Shown: positions 55,207-64,000 of the stretch, in pieces
How positions within the stretch are numbered: position 1 is the first letter of the stretch
Layout of the letters: the number at the start of each line of letters is the position of its first letter
From: Octopus vulgaris
Lineage: Eukaryota
Reading direction: 5' to 3'
Assembly (NCBI GenBank): GCA_951406725.2
Contig: OX597819.1
Span: 24,552,001 to 24,616,000 of the forward strand
Length of the DNA: 64,000 nucleotides
The notes under the pieces: model-generated
What the model saw: the letters and a program-made list of their open reading frames with translations, nothing else
Database searches by the model: none
Told to the model about the DNA's origin: nothing
Position numbers and translations under genes: made by a program

Positions 55207-55769
55207 ATGTATGTATGTATTTATGTACACAACCTGTCAAACAAGCACGTCCACATTTTCATATACACATACATATTTAAACACGCAAACAAACGCAGAG
55301 ACACACATATATTATTTTAAAATATAATAAAATATACATGTATACATATACGAATACACTCACACATATATGGAATTTATTACATAGGCAGTAGTTAGCT
55401 AACTAAACGATATTTTAGTCTTTTTACGAAACACAGACGTAGTAAAAGTATCATAACAGCTAAATTGCGCGTGAGGTTATATGAAGATGATGAGCACGCA
55501 AAGAGATACAGACACGTTGCAATCATTTAATCATTGGGTCGTAAGACTCACCAAGGAATTCAAAGGATTAACGATAGGGCAATACTTATACTATTTTAAC
55601 CACTGCACTGGCAAAGAAACCGGATGTCTTTTTATCATAGTGTTCTAATCCTGTTTACCTTATCAATGTTTTAAAACATAAAAGATAAAATTTATTCTAA
55701 AACATTAAAGGCGATAACAAGGATGAGCTGTTCTGACTATCACAAGAATATATATATAAATATATAAAA

Positions 55770-56163
55770 CTAGCAGTATCGCCCGGCGTTGCTTGGGTTT
55801 GTAAGGGAAATAACTATATAAGCATTTTTAGAGAGTTATAGCCAAAAGATAGCAAACAAATGCATTAAAAATGGGAAAAATATGATGGTAATTTTTTTTA
55901 ATCGTTGACTCATCGTAGACATTTTTAGAGAGTTACTTCCTTATATAATAACGAAAAAAATGCATTAAAATGGAAAAAAATGATGGTAATTTTTTTTTAA
56001 ATCGTAGACTCATCGTAGACGCACGCTAATACACAGAAGGGCTCGATATGAATCACGACTATAAGATACCCGGTTTTGGTTAAACTACATCGCAAAATGT
56101 GGGAGTAGTTAGGAATCTAAATCGTAGGAGACAGACACACAACTTCACTTTTATATATAAAGA
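55770..56163 (-). mobile_element. Non-autonomous Helitron (family 1)
   Basis: Same termini as 49077-49443. Confidence 0.9.
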
Positions 56164-56729
56164 TAAACATAGAAATATTACGTAAGCGCAATTATTGTGG
56201 TTTGCAATCACGTGGTTTCAAGTTCAAACAGGAATTAGGTTTAGCTTCGTGGACCCATGATTTGTGAATGAAATTCCGAAGGGAGAAATTGTGCAGAAGC
56301 TTGTGAATATCATAATGATAAAGCAACCACAATAAGGACAACGACAGCGAAAGAAATCAAAATGCGATGTTAATGTATTATGGCACTAAAGAAAAAGAAA
56401 TGGGCGTCAACTTTTCGAGCAAGATTCTCTTTCTCAGAGAAGAAAAGAAAACTAAAACGTTAGTTCATATGATAATGATCGATTATGATTGACTAATAGC
56501 AGATGATATATATATACATGCGTGCGCATTACGAGTCTGTGCAGCGTGCGCGTGTGTCTGTGTCTGTGTGTAAACGTATATGTTCATTCGTAAGTACATA
56601 TATGTGTATGTAAGAATGTATGTATGTATGTTTGTATGTATGTATGTATATATGTATATATGTATATAAGCACACGTGTAAGCATATAGATATAGATAGA
56701 TATGTATATACATATATATGTATATGGTA

Positions 56730-58046
56730 TCATTGGAAGAGATAAAATGAATGAACACATGATGAAAGGAACGTACAGGAAAGAGTATTTGAGGAGAACT
56801 CGGCTTCTGCTCCAATCGAAGCTAAATGGCCGCTATAAAATTAGAGCAATTAACACGTGGACGGTTGCTTTGATGAAATAAGGGGCAGGAAAAGTGTCTT
56901 GGAAGAAGAATGAATTATACAAGAGATTGACCGGAGGTGTAAACTCATTTTCCTTCTCGGTGTGAAGAGTTGTCATAAAGTTTCGTTAATTTTTGTCTAA
57001 GGTAGAGTCGGTGAGGTGTAAACTCATTTTCCTCCTTACATTTTATTGTTGTAGTTAACCATCCAATATGGCGACGCATGTTGTTGATGGTTTCTTCAAG
57101 CATTGTTTTCCATCGAGGTTGTTTCCGTTTAGTAATTTCGTTACATTGTTCACTGTAGATTACTCCTAAAGTGTTCTTTAAGAGTAATAGCGTAATGACA
57201 ATGAACAAGAGTAATAGTAATGACAATGAACAAGGAACTACACCCCAAGAGTGATGTATCAAGATTGTATGTAAAGAGGTAAGACGGAGGATGGGGATTG
57301 GTGCGTTGTGAAGGTTCTGTAAGTGAAGAGGAGAATAGCCTGGCTTGGTATGTAAAGAAGAAATGATTGTAGCAGTGAAAATACAGGGAACCTTAAAAGT
57401 GAACAAAACCGTAAATCCAATACAATTTAAGACCAGACATAGCAGATGAATGAAATTTGGCAGGAAAAGAAAATGCACAGTTAGTTCTTGAAGAAAAAAG
57501 AAGAGATTGATTGGACTAGAAGCTGGCAATGAATGCAGAAAGGAGACTTAAAAGGGCCCACTGAAGCATTAGTATGCAGTGCTCAAGAATAAGCTCTCAT
57601 AACAAAACTACTCCAAATATCACATTGATAAAAGCACTGACTCGCCACAGTGTAGGATGTGCTCTACGAAGGGAGAAAGTATAAGCCATATTGTTAGTGA
57701 GTGCTGTAAGCTTGCACAACGCGAATATAAAAGGAGACAGGACAATGTGGCCAGATATGTCCACTGGCTGTTGTGTGGTAAAGCAAACCTCGAGAGAGCC
57801 GAACAATGGTATGAACACAAGCCAGACGGAGTAATGGAAAACGAACATTACAAAGTGCTCGGGGATTTTAACATGCAGTGCGACCTAGTCATAGAGGCAA
57901 GACCACCCGATACCGTCCTCGTCCATAAAGGTGAAAAAGAAGTAAAGATAATAGATGTTGCAATACCAGGCGATTCGAGGGCGAAATGTAAGGAAAGAGA
58001 AAAGATTGAGAAATACCAGCCACTGCGGGACGAGATAGGAAAGTTA
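56730..58046 (+). mobile_element. R4/Dong-clade LINE, C-terminal part (post-RT, CCHC knuckle, PD..D RLE)
   Basis: MTMNKELHPKSDVSRLYV; CRMCSTKGESISHIVSEC; ARPPDTVLV..IIDVAIPGD..EKIEKY. Confidence 0.9.
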
Positions 58047-58049
58047 TTT

Positions 58050-59275
58050 TAAAATTACAATTCGCAAAAGATTTTGCTACTTTCTCAAAGCTTTCTTTGA
58101 TCAACAGACTAATCCCAACGAGAGTGAGAAAAATTCCGACCGATCTAATGCTTGAGGTTATCAACGATGTTGCTAGAGAGCACATGGATCAAGTGATGTT
58201 AATTACTGGAATATGAATACTCTTATATACACAGCAGCTATTACTCTTAAAGAACACTTTAGGAGTAATCTACAGTGAAAAATGTAACGAAATTACTAAA
58301 CGGAAACAACCTCGATGGAAAACAACGTGCGTCGCCATATTGGATGGTTAACTACAACAATAAAATGTAAGGAGGTAAATGAGTTTACACCTCACCGACT
58401 CTACCTTAGACAAAAATTAACGAAACTTTATGACAACTCTTCACACCGAGCTCTTGAGTGAGAGCTAATCACTTTAATACATGAACTCAGGACGGTGAGC
58501 GAGAAACTCCGCTGTCGCATGCGAATTTTTGAGCGAGCCAGTATCAATCGCAAGTTTGCTTCCAACCCACAAATATTATACGAGAAATGAGGAAGGAAAA
58601 CATTACCATTAAGAAAGCTCCCTCCCAAGAAGATCTACAATCATTCTGGTCAAAATTTGGAACGAAAAGAGGGATTTCAACCGCAATACATCATGGTTAA
58701 ATGAGAGAGAATATTGTACCAACACTAACAGTAAAACATGCATAATTGATGCAGAAACCTTCGCTATAGCAGTAGGCAAACTGCGGAATGGGAAGGCACC
58801 TGGCAGGGACCTCATAGTTGGACATTGGTACAAGAAGCTGACATTTTATAGAAACCAGTTGATGTATATGTTCAAAAAGGTCAGACTGATATACCAAATT
58901 GGCTTGCTACAGCAAGGACAAATCTTGTTGCCAAAAGTGAAATCACCGAGATGGCAGGAAGCTACAGGCCCATTGCTTGCCTGAACATTATGTACAAACT
59001 GTACACAAATTCCTCCAAGACCATTGTGAGTCGAAACAGGGAGTATGGAGATGTGCCGAACAACATTTAATAAACAAAGCTGTACTATCCGAAGTAAGAA
59101 AACAACGCAGAAACCTTGTAACAGTATGGCTTGACTATAAGAAGGCATTCGACTCTATCCCTCATTCATGGCTGTAGAAGTGCCTACATCTGGCAAAAGT
59201 ACCTACTACCTTAATTGCTCCTATAGAAAGACTAACAAAGACATAGACAACTATTCTTACTCTTACAACCGAGAA
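58050..59275 (+). mobile_element. R4-clade LINE, N-terminal part to RT start
   Basis: KAPGRDLI; YRPIACLNIMYKL; NLVTVWLDYKKAFDSIPHSWL. Confidence 0.85.
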
Positions 59276-59900
59276 CATGGAAGTTTTTTAATGCCTTTCT
59301 TTTCCAACGAATCTTGGGTCTTTTAGCCGTGTGACAAGGGACCCCATCTTCCATAAATAAAGCGTCTTTAATCATTTCACCATTAGAGAAGATTAGAAGG
59401 AGTCCTTTCTGCAATATGGATAAATATTTATCTTAGTTTACGTTTCCGTCACACTACATCAGCTCCGATTGACCATTACTCAAAATTGCTCCCTAGGCCA
59501 CCACAGGATAGCGGCTTTATTTCATTGTTGGCCGCAATCTTTTCATGTCAAATACTTGATCACAGAATCTCCAGACCCATACTCGACCAATGTCAGAAAA
59601 TACAGCAAATCTGGACTCACCAGAGAATATGATAATGTCCCAAAATGCTAGTGGTCACTCCATCATCTCACTGGTCCAGTTTTTTCTCCATTTGATAGTG
59701 GCCGGTTGAAGAAATGGTTTCCTTCTTGTTGCTCTGCCATTGTAGCCAAGTTTGTGAAGATAGCTGACAACAGTTTTGAAACTGACATCAACTTGATCTG
59801 CTATGTCAGAGGCCTCTACACTTCACTTAACAAAGCAAAGGGACCTGTCAGAGAGCCCTGGTTGACCTGGGCAACGTGATGTGGACGCTTTCCTCTCTCT
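59276..59900 (-). mobile_element. Tc1 transposase remnant
   Basis: FWDIIIFSGESRF..GRVWVWR and FMEDGVPCHTAK correspond to the first and second catalytic-D regions of DD34E. Confidence 0.85.
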
Positions 59901-60062
59901 GGTGAATTGCATATAAAAGGCTTCTTTTGTATATGGCATGGCTAAACAGTAACATATCGAACCTGAAAAATAAAAATGCCATTAATAAAAAATATAAACC
60001 TTTTCAAGTTAAACATAAAACTATGTTTCATTGTGTGCCGATTTACTTCTGTCATGTGTGTA

Positions 60063-60095
<33 letters not shown>

Positions 60096-60112
60096 ATATA
60101 TCTATATATGTT

Positions 60113-60208
<96 letters not shown>

Positions 60209-60845
60209 CATGACAGAAGTAAATAGAGAGATGGAGAGAGAGAAAAAAAGGAAGAGAGGAAATGCTACATATATATTACATAAATATATATTAGATAAAC
60301 AAGGTGAAAACAGCCCGGATGTTTGTACTTTCGCTTTTTGGTGTAAGAATTGTTTCAGTTGTTTTAAGGTTTTCGGTCATGAATAATGGAATATCAGATA
60401 AGAACAATCGTTAGTACAGATTCTTTTCATTTTTTCTAAGTTACAAATGACCCAATTAAATAGCTTCGATGTAACACGCTTTTAAATAATAAATATTTAT
60501 TTATTTATCTATCTATTTATTTATTATTATATATTTGGTTCGAGTGGATTTGTCATTAATTAATTTCCAACTAAAACTTAAGAAGCAAAAGCCGCAGCAA
60601 TTTCACTAATTATTCGGTAATGAATATCTTAATACTTATTTCATTAAACCGCAATTAAAACATTCACTTGATAAGCCAACGTTTGAGCCTTTATGATGTT
60701 GCTTGATCTCCTAAATATAACAACCAAATCCTGCAGTGACGGAGAACGACACGCTGGCTAATCTGTTTCTAAATACAGTAGAATAATGACAATAATCAGA
60801 CTACGTTTGGGGCGACGAAACTAACAAATGTTTAAATGAAATTAA

Positions 60846-61021
60846 CCCCTTACCCAACAATTATTTTGAAAATAAATGTATTTTTTCAGACATATTTTTT
60901 AATTGTTTTATTTTTTAATTGTCGATTTTGGCGAGTCTATCTTTTGACGAGTTAACTCGCCAGAGATAGAAAAAAACGATTTAGGTCAAAACGCATATAT
61001 TCATTTCTGCCGAGTAAGGGG
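60846..61021. mobile_element. piggyBac-like MITE
   Basis: TTAA|CCCCTTAC ... GTAAGGGG|TTAA. Confidence 0.8.
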
Positions 61022-61262
61022 TTAACAACCTTCGTGTGTTTTTGAATGGCTAATAATTGCCTTTCATGCTGTAATTGTTTTAGCTTCAACACAAGATCTC
61101 GGATCAAACCACTTTGCCTGGCAAATACACCTTTGAAGTTCTGAATACTTTATGTTTGAAAAAGAAAAACACAATCCAAGGGATGGTCGCAGCTGGAATG
61201 CTTTTGAGTTTTGGCCTGGTCTCTCACTGGAGCTCAACTGTAATTGACTAAAGTGAGTTATA

Positions 61263-61630
61263 TGCGTGGCCGTGTGGTAAAAGGCTTACTTCCCAACAAC
61301 ATGGTTCAGTCCCACTGCGTGGCACCTTGGGTAAATCTCTTCTACTATAGCCTCGAGGCGATCAAGGCCTTGTAAGTAGATTTAGTAGATGGAAACTGAA
61401 AGAAGCCTGTCGTATATAAATGTGTGTGTGCGTATGTGTGTTTGTCCACCACCAATACCACTTGACAACTGGTTTTGGCGTGTTTACGGTCTCGTAACTA
61501 GGCGGTTCAGCGTAAGAGATCGATAAAATAAGTACTAGACTTAGCAAAACAAAAATTAAGTCCTAGAGTCGAATCATTCGACTAAAAACTCTTCAAGATG
61601 CATGGTCGCCATCCAATGACTGAAGCATGT
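61263..61630 (+). mobile_element. Diverged SINE family B
   Basis: GGTTCAGTCCCACTGCGTGGCACCTTGGG; GGAAACTGAAAGAAGCCTGTCG. Confidence 0.8.
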
Positions 61631-62758
61631 AGGAAAAAAAAAGACAAATGTAGTTCTCAAATCAATGATTTCAAGTTATTCTGATTTATTTAACGAGAAA
61701 CAAAATCACTAATATTAAAATTATTTTCAATGCAGGCAAAAATCTAACAATTTCGAAGGGAAGGTTTCAATCGATAGCATTGATTCCAGTACTTCACTGC
61801 TACTTTAACAATGCAAAAATGATCAAGGGCACAGTTGATCTCGACAAGATTCGAACCCAGAACGTAAAAATCGCTGGGTATATTTTCTGATGCTCTAGCA
61901 ATTCAGCCAATCCACTGTATTAATCCTCAATACTAAAGTGGAAAGGATCACGAATGCAGTTACATTGATGTTTTAACCAATAGCTTAACGGTTCGAAACC
62001 AGGTCACAGATATAATTTGCCGTGAGATCGTCTCTTATACTAGGATGTCCGTCATCTCTATTTTCACGACATGAAAATTTGATAATGAATGCTGTACAGC
62101 ATTAACTGTATTTATCTATAATTAAGTGGCGAAATGGTCGAGTCGTTAGAGTGTTGGATAAATTGCCTTAGCATTCCAGTTCACTGCACTCAAATGTCGC
62201 AGGGGTCGAATTTGCTTTTATCCTTTAGAGATAGATAACATAAGTACCAGTTCTGTACTGGGAAAGATTTTCACTCTCCCCCTCTTTCCCCTCTTTCTTT
62301 CTGTGTGTGTATACTTATATTATATATATATATCTGCCTCTCTATCTCACTCTTGATTTTGGGGAAAAATTCCCTGGGGTCAAATCTGAACAGGGATGTG
62401 CTCCCAGAGGCGAAAGAAGGCCCCAGGCACATCATATACTACAAACGTACACCGTCGACTGCGGCAAAAGTTGAGGCCTCAGGGCAAAGCAAAGTATGGA
62501 TACAAATTATAGTCTCACAGCGAAATGCAAATCTTGAACTGCAATGGCGATGTGTATTCGTCTTAAATTCCCGTTGGCCATTTCCAAGATCCGTAAATTT
62601 TGGTATAATGTGAAGTAGGTATAACCAATACACACTCACACACATCACTCATGAAGAGCCACTTCCCTCGTCACACATACATACATTCATACATACATAC
62701 ATACAAACATACAAGCGTACACATATACTCAAAGTTAATACGCACATACACACGTATG

Positions 62759-62821
<63 letters not shown>

Positions 62822-62822
<1 letters not shown>

Positions 62823-63867
62823 AACATTACATTATATAATTAGGGTTCAGTAAAATAATTTATTTTACCACACACCGAACTTTTAGAAATAGCATCCCAA
62901 AAATTTTAGTTATTTCCTCTACTATAAGAAAAGTCTCCCAGACAATGTATACTCAAAAATAATTCACGCAGGTATAGAGGGGAAAATAACGAAAGATCAC
63001 ACGTACATTGATTACTTGAGAACGCAGTTTCTGGATTAGTTGGATATAGAGATCAACATTTCCGTCATCAGCCCAAGATTTCTTTAGGTTTGAATTTGAG
63101 AGCACTAAAAGTCGAACATACCCGTCTGATATGAGTAATCCCAGACAAACCATCTTCGACCGCTAGTACTAACGAATTCAAAAAGTACGATGTATTTTAC
63201 TGAACCCTAATTATATAACGTAATGTTTTAAATATACCGTAAATGGTCTTTTTACATACTGAACATTACTTGGTAAAATTATTAATTAATAATTAATTAA
63301 TTTTACCCTTTTATTATTGACAATATAATTCTCTCTCCCTGATAATAAACTACAGATCCCTCTGTAGGGACTTTTTGCTCTATAACTCACGTGGGTGGAC
63401 GAGGGAGGATACAAAGCCTCATTCGCACTTTTTGAATTCGTTAGTACTAGCGGTCGAAGATGGTTTGTCTGGGATTACTCATATCGATTTTTAGTGCTCT
63501 CAAATTCAAACTTAAAGAAATCTTGGGCTGATGACGGAAATGTTGATCTCTATATCCAACTAATCCAGAAACGGCGTTCTCAAGTAATCGATGTACGTGT
63601 GATCTTTCGTTATTTTTCCCTCTATACCTGCGTGAATTATTTTTGAGTATACATTGTCTGGGAGACTTTTCTTATAGTAGAGGAAATAACTAAAAATTTT
63701 TGGCTGCTATTTCTAAAAGTTCGGTGTGTGGTAAAGTAAATTTTTTTACTGAACCTTAATTATATGACGTAATGTTTTAAATATACCGTAAATGGTCTTT
63801 TTACATACTGAACACTACTTGGTAAAATTATTAATTAATAATTAATTAATTTTACCCTTTTATTATT

Positions 63868-63870
<3 letters not shown>
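62822..63870. mobile_element. Non-coding PLE/retrozyme-like element: inverted copy plus ~1.2 tandem units of ~550 bp
   Basis: 62822-63190 is the reverse complement of ~63423-63779; 63195-63321 is repeated at ~63745-63870; TA tracts on both sides. Confidence 0.8.
63522..63584 (+). ncRNA. Type I hammerhead ribozyme-like motif (mirror at 63015-63077, minus)
   Basis: CTTGGG-CTGATGA-CGGA..GTTG..CAAC..TCCA-GAAAC-GGC-GTT-CTCAAG; 6-bp stem I. Confidence 0.7.
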
Positions 63871-63923
<53 letters not shown>

Positions 63924-64000
63924 GTCTTGGGAGAGTCATTCTGTTTTAATGCCTTATTACTTAACACACTGGTTCAATTTCCACTCATTTACTTTTTTTT

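Noticed and set aside
62305-62648. Overlapping 102-aa and 69-aa ORFs of complex sequence
   Set aside because: No recognisable domain or splice structure

Overview
AT-rich, microsatellite-saturated eukaryotic non-coding DNA (intronic or intergenic). The tRNA-derived SINE families and the TA/TG/TATG/AAT/AAG repeat load look like a coleoid cephalopod, most likely Octopus (recognition from memory, not a database result). No host protein-coding exon can be supported, and almost all listed ORFs are translated microsatellites or SINEs. Contents: several tRNA-derived SINE families, R4/Dong-clade (RT plus restriction-like endonuclease) and RTE LINE remnants, a Penelope-like (PLE) RT/GIY-YIG remnant, a Tc1 transposase remnant, four non-autonomous Helitrons, hAT, piggyBac, Tc2-like and 8-bp-TSD MITEs, and a 50-bp minisatellite. 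The most interesting signal is a set of short non-coding elements embedded in (TA)n tracts. They carry type I hammerhead-ribozyme motifs and form fold-back palindromes or tandem-plus-inverted units, consistent with PLE-mobilised, retrozyme-like elements. Also notable: a tail-to-tail pair of young SINEs 66 nt apart (a long dsRNA), a SINE flanked by a ~140-bp direct duplication, a SINE that recurs at one site inside its own relatives, and an (AAT)n-targeted ~550-bp non-coding element.
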